A DNA stretch of 64,000 nt from Turneriella sp. (GCA_965279515.1 CBDIID010000003.1:2752001-2816000); one strand, 5' to 3'; numbered from the stretch's first letter, positions 38,652 through 48,566 are shown. Notes: generated from the letters alone by a model not told the origin. Numbers and translations are program-made.

Positions 38652-39347
38652 TTATTGTGCTACCTCCGACTTAAAACTATCAAAGAGTACCGTAATCGGC
38701 CCGCCTGTCCCTTCGCCGAAGAATCCCACTTGGCCGACCTGAAGGGCGCTATCCGTGGTCCGTAAAGCAACCTGACTCGAGCCGATATTTACGCTACACA
38801 AAAGCGATGCCCCATCCATCGCGAAAATAATAGATGCTGTTGTTCCTGCAGGAATACTGGAGATTGAATTATCTACCGCTAACTGTATAACGTTTCCTTG
38901 ACTAACATTAAACAGAGCAATTTTATTTTGATAGAAGCCACATAAATAAAGGTCTGTGATCAAATTCTTCACGCGCGCCACCAAGGCGAATTTGTGGTTT
39001 GCCAAAGCTGTCATTTGAGGCTGAATTCTAAGCGATATTTTAGATTTGGTATGCTCTATGCGATTCTTACAAGCGAGGACAATATACCTAAGCGTCAGAT
39101 CAAGTTTCCCCATTTGGTTGCTGATGCTAACTGTCGGTGGCGCCGAGTAGGGAAATAAGCCTGTAGCCTCCCATTTATCTCCAAGGTCCGAAGAATCTGG
39201 TCGATTAAACTCATCAGAGCATAAATCGTTATTAGAGGCTTCAAGTAAGTCTACTTGCGCGCAGTTTATGAACACTCCCAAGAGGACAAAAAGGGAAAAA
39301 ATAGATCCCGAAACAAAGCGATTAACCGACACCCCCTTAAAAACCAT
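38652..39347 (-). CDS. Lipoprotein, beta-sandwich (module C partner 1), paralog of 37970..38650
   Basis: VFINC lipobox; CSDEFNRPDSSDLGDKW; ends FDSFKS. Confidence 0.72.
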   Translation of the reverse strand: MVFKGVSVNRFVSGSIFSLFVLLGVFINCAQVDLLEASNNDLCSDEFNRPDSSDLGDKWEATGLFPYSAPPTVSISNQMGKLDLTLRYIVLACKNRIEHTKSKISLRIQPQMTALANHKFALVARVKNLITDLYLCGFYQNKIALFNVSQGNVIQLAVDNSISSIPAGTTASIIFAMDGASLLCSVNIGSSQVALRTTDSALQVGQVGFFGEGTGGPITVLFDSFKSEVAQ

Positions 39348-40359
39348 AACCCATACCCATTAAAACTTGCAGGGTGTTTAAATCTGCGCCCTGGAATAGG
39401 ATATGTGAGTAACTTCCCATCACTGATAGCGAAAGAGTTCGCCAGAGAATATAACGTAACTCCAGATTTGCGCGCAGTTCAATGTCCCGCGATTGCAATA
39501 TGGCATTGTCAAAATCCCGCTGCAGCTCGGAAATTGCAGCACCCACGAGTGCCGAGAAATGGATGGTAAACGTTCGAAAAGCTGAATAGCCGAAATCCAC
39601 GCCACCCAATATAGAAACGGGTTGAATACGTAAGCCAGGAAAGATACCTGCTTTATTCTGGTATTTAACGTAAGAGCCTGCAATTACAGGTGAAAAATGG
39701 AATCTACCCGACTGAAATGCCGAATAACCAATCTGACCATAAATTCCGAATGCGCCTTTGTAAATTTCGCTGAATTGTCCCTGCAGTGGCGCCGAGTAGA
39801 ATCCGTAGACACCAACGTGAAGTTCGTTTGTTTTTTGATAGCGAATAATTTCTTCGCGTGGGAGCGGAGGTAAGGCTGTTTTCATTTTCATACTCATCTT
39901 ATTGGAAAGCATATTAATGCCCTCAAATAATTTCAGGCTGGTTACCTGCATGACAATATTTTCCGTCACTTTTACCCGTTGGGATTGAACGTCGATAGCT
40001 TGAGCCTGAACCTGGGCAACTCCCTGGATCGTCAGAAAATTACCAATCAGCACAATATCAGCCTCAGCTTTCTTTCCCAAACCAACTGCCGTTTCAATTT
40101 CGTATAACTTAGCGGCCGAAATTTGCAGATCTTGAGCGAGTTTGCGACCTTTTTGTGGATCAAGGATATCAAAGGAGCCCGTTTCCTCCAAAGGTTTTAC
40201 AAAGGAATCGGGAATTGTTGGTGTTAGGAAATCACTCGCCACATCTTTTTTCTGGTTAACGAAATCCAGAATCAACACACGGCGCTTAATCATTTCCTTA
40301 GCACCGATAGTGGAAGAATACACCAGGAACAAAAGGAAGAATAAGCAATAATTTTTCAC
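39337..40359 (-). CDS. TolB/CsgG-like N-domain plus beta-barrel (module C)
   Basis: RRVLILDFVN..ADIVLIGNF..AIDVQS; barrel ending LMGMGYGF; likely GTG 40359. Confidence 0.72.
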   Translation of the reverse strand: MKNYCLFFLLFLVYSSTIGAKEMIKRRVLILDFVNQKKDVASDFLTPTIPDSFVKPLEETGSFDILDPQKGRKLAQDLQISAAKLYEIETAVGLGKKAEADIVLIGNFLTIQGVAQVQAQAIDVQSQRVKVTENIVMQVTSLKLFEGINMLSNKMSMKMKTALPPLPREEIIRYQKTNELHVGVYGFYSAPLQGQFSEIYKGAFGIYGQIGYSAFQSGRFHFSPVIAGSYVKYQNKAGIFPGLRIQPVSILGGVDFGYSAFRTFTIHFSALVGAAISELQRDFDNAILQSRDIELRANLELRYILWRTLSLSVMGSYSHILFQGADLNTLQVLMGMGYGF

Positions 40360-40487
40360 TGGATTAGCACCGGAAAAATGAACGTCACGTAAATAGACTT
40401 TCACCAATAGCTGCCAGGAATTCCGGTGTTTTTCCTCGGGCTCAAAATCCTTGACCCGGCATAACGCGGCACACCAACGCTACCATT

Positions 40488-41675
40488 ATGGAATCTTACC
40501 TTCTCGACTGGTTACAACTCGGCGTGCGCTGGCTGCACATGATCGCCGGCATCGCCTGGATCGGCGCCTCGTTCTATTTCGTCTGGCTGAATAATAACGT
40601 CCGCCGGCCCGTTGAGCCCAATGCTCCCGATGGCGAAAAAGATGGCGAGCTGCATGCCATCCACGGCGGCGGGTTTTACCGCGTGCAGCGCTATGCGCTC
40701 GCGCCGAAAGAACTTCCCCATGACCTGCATTGGTTTAAATGGGAAGCGTATACGACATGGCTTTCGGGCATCAGCCTTCTGGCCTTAGTCTATTACCTGA
40801 ATCCCCAGGTCTATCTCGTCGACACCGCCATTGCAAAAATCGGCTCGGGTGCCGCCATCGGCATCGGCGTGGGATTCATACTTGCGGGGTGGTTTGTTTA
40901 CGATTTGCTGCAACGCTCGCCCCTGGGCAAAAGCCAGCTCGCGTTTGGGATTGTTTTCTTCGCTCTCGTCATGGGCGCGACCTGGTTTATCTGCCACACC
41001 TTCGGCGGCCGCGCCGCCTACCTGCATGTCGGCGCGATGCTAGGCACGATCATGGTCGCGAACGTGTTCTTTGTCATCATTCCCTCGCAGCGCGAACTCG
41101 TGCACGCCAAAGAGCAGGGCCGCCTGCCCGAAAAGAAAATGGCCGAAATGGCCAAGAACCGCTCGCTGCATAACAACTACCTGACGCTGCCTGTGCTCTT
41201 TATCATGATCTCGAATCATTACCCGATGACGTTCTCGCATGAATATAACTGGGCGATTCTGGGCGCGATCTCGATGGGTGGGGCGCTTATCCGCCACTGG
41301 TTCAACCTGCGCGGCCAAGGGAAGTCCGCACCATACCTGTGGGTCATCAGTGCGGCCGTCTTCATTGCCGTGATCTGGTTCACTGCCCCCAAAAAACAAG
41401 CCGCTGGGGCGCCCGTCGCATTCAGGGAAGTCGATGCCCTCATGGGTAAACACTGCCGGGGATGCCACTCGGAGAAACCGACAGACGCGATTTTCAAGAT
41501 CGCCCCGAACGGCGTGAAATACGATACCGCTCAGCAGATCGCCGTAATGGCCTCTAAGATCAAACAAAGGGCGGTTGAAACGCCTTCAATGCCCTTTGGA
41601 AACAAGACAAATATGACCCCCGAAGAGCGGGTGCTGCTCGGACGCTGGATCGATCAGGGCGCGAAGGTTGAGTAA
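40488..41675 (+). CDS. puuD: Membrane urate hydroxylase with C-terminal cytochrome c
   Basis: RWLH..AGIAWIG.SFYF, HGGGFY, LHWFKWEAY, RS.HNNYLTLPV, CRGCH. Confidence 0.92.
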   Translation: MESYLLDWLQLGVRWLHMIAGIAWIGASFYFVWLNNNVRRPVEPNAPDGEKDGELHAIHGGGFYRVQRYALAPKELPHDLHWFKWEAYTTWLSGISLLALVYYLNPQVYLVDTAIAKIGSGAAIGIGVGFILAGWFVYDLLQRSPLGKSQLAFGIVFFALVMGATWFICHTFGGRAAYLHVGAMLGTIMVANVFFVIIPSQRELVHAKEQGRLPEKKMAEMAKNRSLHNNYLTLPVLFIMISNHYPMTFSHEYNWAILGAISMGGALIRHWFNLRGQGKSAPYLWVISAAVFIAVIWFTAPKKQAAGAPVAFREVDALMGKHCRGCHSEKPTDAIFKIAPNGVKYDTAQQIAVMASKIKQRAVETPSMPFGNKTNMTPEERVLLGRWIDQGAKVE

Positions 41676-43029
41676 GACTCTGCTTAAGAGCCGGCGGGCC
41701 GTCATTGGCAATGAAGTCAAACCCGCGGCGGTCATGATCGACGGCGAAATGATTACCGATATTCTCCCCTATGACGCGGCTTTAGGGTCGACGGGTATCC
41801 ATATCATCGACTACGGCGACCTCGCTCTCATGCCCGGCGTCGTCGACACGCACGTGCACATCAACCAACCGGGCCGCACCGAGTGGGAGGGCTTTCAGAC
41901 GGCCACCGCCGCCGCCGCAAAAGGCGGCATCACTACCCTCGTCGACATGCCGCTCAACTGCGACCCGGTCACCACAACGCGTGCGGCGCTCGAGGCAAAA
42001 CTCAAATCGTGTGCGGGACTCTTGCATGTCGATTGCGGTTTTTATGGCGGCGTGATTCCCGGCAACCTGAACGACCTCGAACCGCTGATCGATGCCGGCG
42101 TGCTCGGCTTCAAGAGTTTTCTTATCCATTCGGGCATCCACGAGTTTCCGCACTGCGGCGAAGCCGAACTGCGCGCGGCGATCCCGATTCTCAAAAAAGG
42201 CGGAGTCCCCTACCTCATGCATGCGGAGTTGGAGTCCCCCTCCGCCTCCGGCGCCTCCCCCGTAAACGGGGGAGGCCGGATGGGGGACAATCGTTCGTAT
42301 GCTACCTACCTAGCCTCGCGCCCGCGCCGCTGGGAAAATGATGCCATCGAACTTATGGCCCGCCTCGCGGATGAGACCAACGCGCACCTGCATGTCGTGC
42401 ATCTGTCGTCGTCGGATGCCCTCACGACGCTGGAAGGTGCGCGCAAAAAAAATATCCCGCTGAGCGTCGAGACCTGCCATCATTACCTGACGTATTGCTC
42501 CGAAGAGATTCCTGACGGCCGTACCGAATTCAAATGCGCGCCGCCGATACGCGAAAGAGAGAACCGCGAAAAACTCTGGGCGGCGCTGAAAAACGGCACG
42601 ATTGATTTTGCCGTGTCAGACCATTCGCCGTGCACGCCTGAACTCAAGGCCGCCGAATCGGGCGATTTTATGAAAGCGTGGGGCGGCATCGCCGGATTGC
42701 AATTCAGCCTCTCTGTCTTCCACACGGGGGCATCCGCCCGTGGTCTTTCGCTGGCGCAGATCAGTCATTTTCTCTCGGCGGCGCCGGCGAAATTTGTCGG
42801 CCTGAAGAACAAGGGCGCCATCGCGCCAGGCATGGACGCCGATCTCATTGTTTTCGATTCAGGAAAAAAATTCCGCGTCGAGCGCAGCGACATAGAACAC
42901 CGCCACGATGTTTCACCCTATATCGGTATGGAGCTTTTAGGGCAGGTCAAAGAAACCTGGCTGCGCGGCGTCTGTGTACATAAAGAGGGAAAATCCGTCG
43001 GCCCGGCGGGCAGGCCAATCTTACGCTAA
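41668..43029 (+). CDS. allB: Allantoinase
   Basis: DTHVHIN.PGRTEWEGF, DMPLN, ETCHHYL, KCAPPIR, SDHSPC, WGGI. Confidence 0.92.
   Translation: MSKTLLKSRRAVIGNEVKPAAVMIDGEMITDILPYDAALGSTGIHIIDYGDLALMPGVVDTHVHINQPGRTEWEGFQTATAAAAKGGITTLVDMPLNCDPVTTTRAALEAKLKSCAGLLHVDCGFYGGVIPGNLNDLEPLIDAGVLGFKSFLIHSGIHEFPHCGEAELRAAIPILKKGGVPYLMHAELESPSASGASPVNGGGRMGDNRSYATYLASRPRRWENDAIELMARLADETNAHLHVVHLSSSDALTTLEGARKKNIPLSVETCHHYLTYCSEEIPDGRTEFKCAPPIRERENREKLWAALKNGTIDFAVSDHSPCTPELKAAESGDFMKAWGGIAGLQFSLSVFHTGASARGLSLAQISHFLSAAPAKFVGLKNKGAIAPGMDADLIVFDSGKKFRVERSDIEHRHDVSPYIGMELLGQVKETWLRGVCVHKEGKSVGPAGRPILR
42234..42288. repeat. Y-shaped palindrome in frame within allB (same family as 31494-31557)
   Basis: GTCCCCCTCC..GGATGGGGGAC outer stem; GCCTCCGGC and GCCTCCCCCGT/ACGGGGGAGGC inner hairpins. 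Confidence 0.85.
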
Positions 43030-45107
43030 TGCTCAAAACTGCCTGAACCGATGAATTCGCGCAGAATCGATGTTGAGGGTACATCGTCGGGCGAGACCGC
43101 GACGAACTGTTCGAGCAGTTGCCGCAGGCGAAATGCAGTCGCGTACGACGGGCTGTGCGGCGGCACTTCGAGCAGGTAGCGGTCGGCATAGACCTTGAGC
43201 ACCGACATCTCATAGATCAGCGAAGTATCAAACACGGCATCAGCCCGGTCGACGTGCGGAAAGATATAGGCGTGCTCGCCCGCGCGCACATCGCCCCAGC
43301 GCCGGATGTTATCTTGCGTCGCGAAACCGCGCTGGCGGCGGTCGCGCACAATACGGCGCAACAGGCGCAGGTCAGAGGGATTCACATGGCTGACCTTGTC
43401 GATCGGCAGCGTCAAGAGCGGCTGAATGAAGATGCGGAACACGTGGTTCGCCGGCACAACATCGCTCAAAAGTTCAGGGTTGAGACCATGGATGCCTTCG
43501 AGCACGAGCAGCTTTTGCGGACCGAGTGTGATTTCGGGCCCTGCCGTGTGTTCGCAGACGCCGGTGCGAAAATCGTAACGCGCGGTTTTTTGCGGCCTGC
43601 CTGAAACCAGCGCCTTCAAATGTTCCGCCAAGAGCTGCAGATTCAGCGAATGTATAGTTTCGAAATCTTTCTCACCGCGCTCGTTGAGTGGCACATCGTC
43701 GCGGTTATGGTAATAGTCATCGATCGAAATGCCCTCGGGAATGAGTCCGTTGATGCGCAGCTGAATCGAAAGCCGGCGAATAAAAGTGGTTTTTCCGGAA
43801 GATGAGGGCCCGGCAACGCAGACAATCTTGATCTCGGGACGCGCCGCAATCTGGTCGGCGAGCGCTGCCAGCCGCTTTTCATGGTAACCCTCGGCAACGC
43901 GAATAACTTCGCTGACCCGGCCATCGACGCAGGCGCGGTTGAGCGCGCCGAGGCTATTCAGCTCGAAGGATTTCAGCCATTGCTGGCTCTCTTGAGAAAG
44001 ACGCGCAAACGAGGAAAATCCGGCGGTCACCGTACTTTCAGCGCCTGAAAGCAGAATGAGGCTTGAGCCATTGGCTTTGATGCGGAAGTCGCCGACGAGA
44101 CCGGCATGCGGCAAGAGCGGCCCATTGTAGATCGCCAGCATTCGGCCGCAGGTCACGAGGGGCACGTTGAGCATGCGCGCGGTCTGCAGTAACTGCACCG
44201 CGTCGACCTGACCGCGCTTTTCGAAATAATTGAGTGCTTCATCGATATTCCACCACTCTTCACGGAAATCCGCATGGTGCTGTATCAGCTCGCGCATGCG
44301 GCGCGTGAGCTTGTCGGCGATTTGTTGCGGGGTCAATGGATGGCCGTGCGGCAATTCAAGCCATTGCCCGGCGCCGACGCCGAAACCGAGCCGCAGCGAT
44401 AATTTAGGCGTAATTTCTTCTGCCGCCTCCATGAGCAACAAAGCGAGCGAATGGCGGAGCACACGCTCGCCCTCCCAGTGTGCGCTGGTCAGAGGCTCGA
44501 CGTCGACGTCGGAAAATATCTGCGTATCGAGCGAACTGACCCTGCGGTTCACGAGCGCCGCGACGACGGTTATCCCCGAAACCTGGGCAGGTAGAATATC
44601 CCGCACGAAAGTGCCGGTCTTCACTTCGCTGACAGAGCCGTCTTCACGCGTGACTTTAACCTCTGCCTGCCGCGGCAGAGAACGTTGCCGCAGAACCAGA
44701 TCGAGGCTTTCTGTGCGCTCGACCAGCTGGCGGCCCAGCGTCGCAATAAGGCCCGACATGAGTTTCACAGCAAGCTGCGGCTGTGAGGCCTGCAACTCTT
44801 CAAATCCCTTACGGTTGAGGCGGGCCAGCCGCAGGGATGTCTCGGCCCTGATGGTCGCGGCGCGGGGCCGGTGGGCAATGAGGCCCAGTTCGCCGAAATG
44901 ATCGCCCGGCTTCAGCATGCCGAGCTCGAGATCATGCTTGAACATACGCACCGTGCCTGAAAGCACGAAGTACATGTCATCGGCGGCGCTGCCGAAATGC
45001 ACGACTTCTTCGCCGGGTTTAAACTCAGGGTATTCGAAATATTTCCCGAGATCTTTTCTTTCTTCTGTATTGAGGCCGGCGAGCACATCCACGCCTTCGG
45101 GAAGCAT
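43026..45107 (-). CDS. cNMP-binding domain + ThrRS-N-like + uridine-kinase-like fusion
   Basis: FGELGLI..PRAATIRA; TGS/ThrRS-like middle; AGPSSSGKTT, DDYY, EGIHGLN, RRIVRD. Confidence 0.85.
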   Translation of the reverse strand: MLPEGVDVLAGLNTEERKDLGKYFEYPEFKPGEEVVHFGSAADDMYFVLSGTVRMFKHDLELGMLKPGDHFGELGLIAHRPRAATIRAETSLRLARLNRKGFEELQASQPQLAVKLMSGLIATLGRQLVERTESLDLVLRQRSLPRQAEVKVTREDGSVSEVKTGTFVRDILPAQVSGITVVAALVNRRVSSLDTQIFSDVDVEPLTSAHWEGERVLRHSLALLLMEAAEEITPKLSLRLGFGVGAGQWLELPHGHPLTPQQIADKLTRRMRELIQHHADFREEWWNIDEALNYFEKRGQVDAVQLLQTARMLNVPLVTCGRMLAIYNGPLLPHAGLVGDFRIKANGSSLILLSGAESTVTAGFSSFARLSQESQQWLKSFELNSLGALNRACVDGRVSEVIRVAEGYHEKRLAALADQIAARPEIKIVCVAGPSSSGKTTFIRRLSIQLRINGLIPEGISIDDYYHNRDDVPLNERGEKDFETIHSLNLQLLAEHLKALVSGRPQKTARYDFRTGVCEHTAGPEITLGPQKLLVLEGIHGLNPELLSDVVPANHVFRIFIQPLLTLPIDKVSHVNPSDLRLLRRIVRDRRQRGFATQDNIRRWGDVRAGEHAYIFPHVDRADAVFDTSLIYEMSVLKVYADRYLLEVPPHSPSYATAFRLRQLLEQFVAVSPDDVPSTSILREFIGSGSFEH

Positions 45108-45221
45108 GCGTCTAAACCGAACCCCAACACGCGGCGGCGAGTAAGTTCATTAGCGCGCCAGGCTTGGCTGTTTTTCTATTTACGCCCGCCGCGGCCCAAA
45201 CCCTTATCGCAGGCAAAACAT

Positions 45222-46436
45222 ATGTCAAACTATATCGAACTCGCAGAGACAGCCTTAAAGCGGGCTGACGAGCTTGCCCAATGCACCGAGGTACCGGGTA
45301 TTCTCAAGCGCACCTTCATGTCTGACCCGATGCAAAAGGCACATGGTCTGGTGCGCAGCTGGATGCAAGCGGCGGGCATGTCGGTGCGCGTCGATGCACT
45401 CGGCAACCTGATCGGCCGCTTACCTGGCAAAACCGAAAAGATGTTTTTGACCGGCAGCCATCTCGACACCGTGCCCGACGCGGGTAAATACGACGGCATG
45501 CTGGGTGTGCTGATCGGCATCGCCGCGGCTGAAGCCATCGGCAAAGACCAGTTGGATTTCCACTTTGATACCATCGGCTTCAGTGACGAAGAGGGCGTGC
45601 GTTACAAAATGCCCTACCTGGGTTCGCTCGCCATCAGCGGCCTCTTTAAAGAAGAGTATCTTGCCCGTGTCGATGAGAAGGGTATCACGATGGCAGACGC
45701 CATCAAAAATTTCGGCCTCAACCCGGCGGATTACCCCAGTGCTGCGTACAATTTCGCCGACGTGAAAGGTTTTGCCGAAGTACACATCGAGCAAGGCCCC
45801 GTACTCGAAACGGAAAGTCTGGCTCTGGGAGCCGTGACTGGTCTCGTGGGACAATCCCGCATCAAACTCTATTTCAAGGGATTAGCCAGCCATGCGGGCA
45901 CAACACCGATGCCGGGTCGCCGCGACGCCTTTGCCGGGCTCAGCGAACTCTCCGTTTTCGTCGAAAAGTATGCCCAATCGGTGCCCCACCTCGTTGCCAC
46001 GATCGGCATGGCGCAGATACGCCCCGGGGGGGCAAACGTGATTCCGGGCGAAGTCTATTTCAGCCTTGATATACGCCACGGCGACCAGCAGACGCTCGAT
46101 AAGGCCACTGAAGTCATTTTACATGAGGCTAAAACGATCTCAAGCGCTCGTAAGATCAAAATGGAGATCGAAACGCAAGAGGCGCAGGCGGTCGTTAAAT
46201 GCGACGATGGCTTAGTTAATAAAATGGCCCTGGCTATGGAAAAACACAGCCACAAGCCATTTCGCCTGGCCAGCGGGGCGGGTCACGATACGGCCATTCT
46301 CTCCAAAGTCACGCCGACCGCCATGCTATTCATCCGCAGCCCGGGCGGTATCAGCCACAACCCGGTCGAGACGGTGAATGTCGAAGATGTGGCCGAGGCG
46401 ATTCAAGTCTTCGTTGAATTTTTGAAATCCGTTTAG
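45222..46436 (+). CDS. allC: Allantoate amidohydrolase (M20 family)
   Basis: GSHLDTV, DEEGVRY, EVHIEQGP, HAGTTPM, SGAGHD, GISHNP; ATG 45222. Confidence 0.85.
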   Translation: MSNYIELAETALKRADELAQCTEVPGILKRTFMSDPMQKAHGLVRSWMQAAGMSVRVDALGNLIGRLPGKTEKMFLTGSHLDTVPDAGKYDGMLGVLIGIAAAEAIGKDQLDFHFDTIGFSDEEGVRYKMPYLGSLAISGLFKEEYLARVDEKGITMADAIKNFGLNPADYPSAAYNFADVKGFAEVHIEQGPVLETESLALGAVTGLVGQSRIKLYFKGLASHAGTTPMPGRRDAFAGLSELSVFVEKYAQSVPHLVATIGMAQIRPGGANVIPGEVYFSLDIRHGDQQTLDKATEVILHEAKTISSARKIKMEIETQEAQAVVKCDDGLVNKMALAMEKHSHKPFRLASGAGHDTAILSKVTPTAMLFIRSPGGISHNPVETVNVEDVAEAIQVFVEFLKSV

Positions 46437-47587
46437 GATTCCACCGCGAATTTTAATCCGGCATGCGCTTCGAGGCGTGCGACGAGTGGCCCCGCCATGA
46501 CACCGCCCGGCGTAAAACAGCCACCGTCAGATTCGACATCGAGCAGCGTCAGCGCCGCTTCAGATATCATCTTCGAAGTCGAGCCATAGCCGGGGTCACG
46601 GTCGCCCTTGACCGAAGCTTTAATTATACCGCCGTCGGGATATTCACCGGTGAAGAGCACATCGTAGAAACCGTTTTCTCTTTCTTCTTTAGATGGGCCA
46701 TCGCCGGGCTTGAGACCCTTTCCGGAAAACGGATTGGCTTTCGCTGCGGCGTCGACGAGAGCGCGTGCGGCCTCGCCCAATGTTGTGAGCATCATTTCAT
46801 CGTAAACGAAATCGGTGCCGTACTGGTGCTTCAGTAGAAAATTGGTACGGTGCACGTTCTTCGTATTGATCGGCGCCATCACAAAGGGAGCCGCCCAGAC
46901 GCCCATGGTCTTATCGTATTCAGGAACCAGGCCCGACGGCTGCGACGGGCCGGTAAAGCCCGGCGTCAGCGCAAAGGGATTATTCAGCAGGCCCAGAATA
47001 CCCGGGTCTTTGATCGAAGCTTTCAGCGTGGCCTTCATACTCGCCATGGTACCGCCCGAAGCGCCGCCCTGCATCTTGCGCACGCGGCCCTTGACGCGCG
47101 GCGCAGGTTTGCCGAATTTCTGGATGGCTTCTTGTTGCAAAAACCAGACGCCGAGATCGAACGGAATTGAATCGAAACCAGCGGAGAGCACAATACGCGC
47201 GCCGCTTTTCTTCGCCGCCTCTTCATGCGCATCGATCATCTGCCGCGCCCAGGCGGGCTCGCCGTTGAGGTCGAGGTAGTCGGTGCCCGATGCGGCGCAG
47301 GCGGCGACGAGCGGAGTACCATAGAGCTGGTAGGGACCGACGGTGGTTAAGACCGAGCGGGTGCGGTTACACATCGCGGCCAGCGATGATGGGTTCTCCG
47401 CGTCAGCGGCAATGAGGGGGATGTCCTTCGATGCACCTACCGCATCGCGCACTTCGGCGAGTTTTGCCGTGTTGCGGCCCGCCATTGCCCAACCCTGGAT
47501 GCCGCGCTGTACAAGGTACTCGGCGACAAGCCGACCTGTAAAACCGCTTGCGCCATAGACGATGATGTCGAATTCTCTTTGTGCCAT
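46433..47587 (-). CDS. Saccharopine dehydrogenase-like / trans-acting enoyl reductase family
   Basis: YGASGFTG, TVGPY, YLDLNGE, GFDSIP.D, SGGT, DPGY. Confidence 0.9.
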   Translation of the reverse strand: MAQREFDIIVYGASGFTGRLVAEYLVQRGIQGWAMAGRNTAKLAEVRDAVGASKDIPLIAADAENPSSLAAMCNRTRSVLTTVGPYQLYGTPLVAACAASGTDYLDLNGEPAWARQMIDAHEEAAKKSGARIVLSAGFDSIPFDLGVWFLQQEAIQKFGKPAPRVKGRVRKMQGGASGGTMASMKATLKASIKDPGILGLLNNPFALTPGFTGPSQPSGLVPEYDKTMGVWAAPFVMAPINTKNVHRTNFLLKHQYGTDFVYDEMMLTTLGEAARALVDAAAKANPFSGKGLKPGDGPSKEERENGFYDVLFTGEYPDGGIIKASVKGDRDPGYGSTSKMISEAALTLLDVESDGGCFTPGGVMAGPLVARLEAHAGLKFAVES

Positions 47588-47669
47588 GGGTTATTTTAAG
47601 GAGGCGATTACTCGTGTCGCCACAAATTCCCTTAGGATGTAGCGTTCAGATTTTTAACGGAGAAAATTC

Positions 47670-48566
47670 ATGCGGCTAAAAATTCCGATTGTTTTTATTA
47701 AGCCATTTTTTATCCTTTTGCCCTTGCTGACCGTCTGGGCAGGCTTCGAATACTTTCAGATCCGGAAGAAACTGAATTATTCTACACAACACCCAGATTC
47801 ACGAAAGACCCCGGCGCTGGCCCTACCTGATGTGCAAGGCAAACTGCACCGCCTGGATAAAATCAATGCCCCAGGAATCGTCGTATTTTGGGCATCCTGG
47901 TGCGGACCCTGCATTGAAGAACTGCGCAAACTCGAAAAACAGGATTTGGGAAGCTGGAGTTATCTTGCTATAAACTCTGCGGATAATCGGGAAGACGCCG
48001 AAAAATTTCTTAAAAAAGAGAAATTTCAAAAACCGCTGATCTTATTCGACGACAAGGGGGAAATTTCCGGAATCAAGGGTTATCCCAGTGTCTATGCTTC
48101 CTTTGGCAATGGTGTTTGGGCGGGACCAATGCTCTGGGGTGATTTCGATGAGGTCATCACGGAGGTGAAGAACACCTTGAGTCAAACAGACTATAAGCCG
48201 CTGCAGGAATCCCAAAAAAGAAGGAGCGAGTATTTCGAAAATGCTGCATGGCACTTCTACTACGCTGTGACGAACTTAGTAGGCGTCGCATATATGCTCA
48301 TTTTACTTTTTCTAATGCGTAATGTAGTGCGCCGGACCGTCTTTCTTCGCTGGGTACTTCTCGCCTATCTCACGATATGTATTTTGGAGTCCCTGAACGT
48401 TTTTAGTATAAAGGAAGTCTTTGGGAAAGGAAGCCATTCGCCATGGCGGATAGTCATCTATCTTTATTACAGTCCATTATTCTGGGGAGCATGGGTTAGT
48501 TTGGGGATCCTGATCTACTTGCGTCAGTTCGTCCCGGCTACTAAACCTGAAAATTCCTTGTCGTAG
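47670..48566 (+). CDS. TlpA-like thioredoxin fused to C-terminal TM helices
   Basis: FWASWCGPC, GYP; three hydrophobic C-terminal segments. Confidence 0.8.
   Translation: MRLKIPIVFIKPFFILLPLLTVWAGFEYFQIRKKLNYSTQHPDSRKTPALALPDVQGKLHRLDKINAPGIVVFWASWCGPCIEELRKLEKQDLGSWSYLAINSADNREDAEKFLKKEKFQKPLILFDDKGEISGIKGYPSVYASFGNGVWAGPMLWGDFDEVITEVKNTLSQTDYKPLQESQKRRSEYFENAAWHFYYAVTNLVGVAYMLILLFLMRNVVRRTVFLRWVLLAYLTICILESLNVFSIKEVFGKGSHSPWRIVIYLYYSPLFWGAWVSLGILIYLRQFVPATKPENSLS

Noticed and set aside
44230..44901. Long antisense ORFs (also 57358-58038, 22173-22763, 50417-50998)
   Set aside because: Shadows of well-supported genes on the opposite strand, with no motifs
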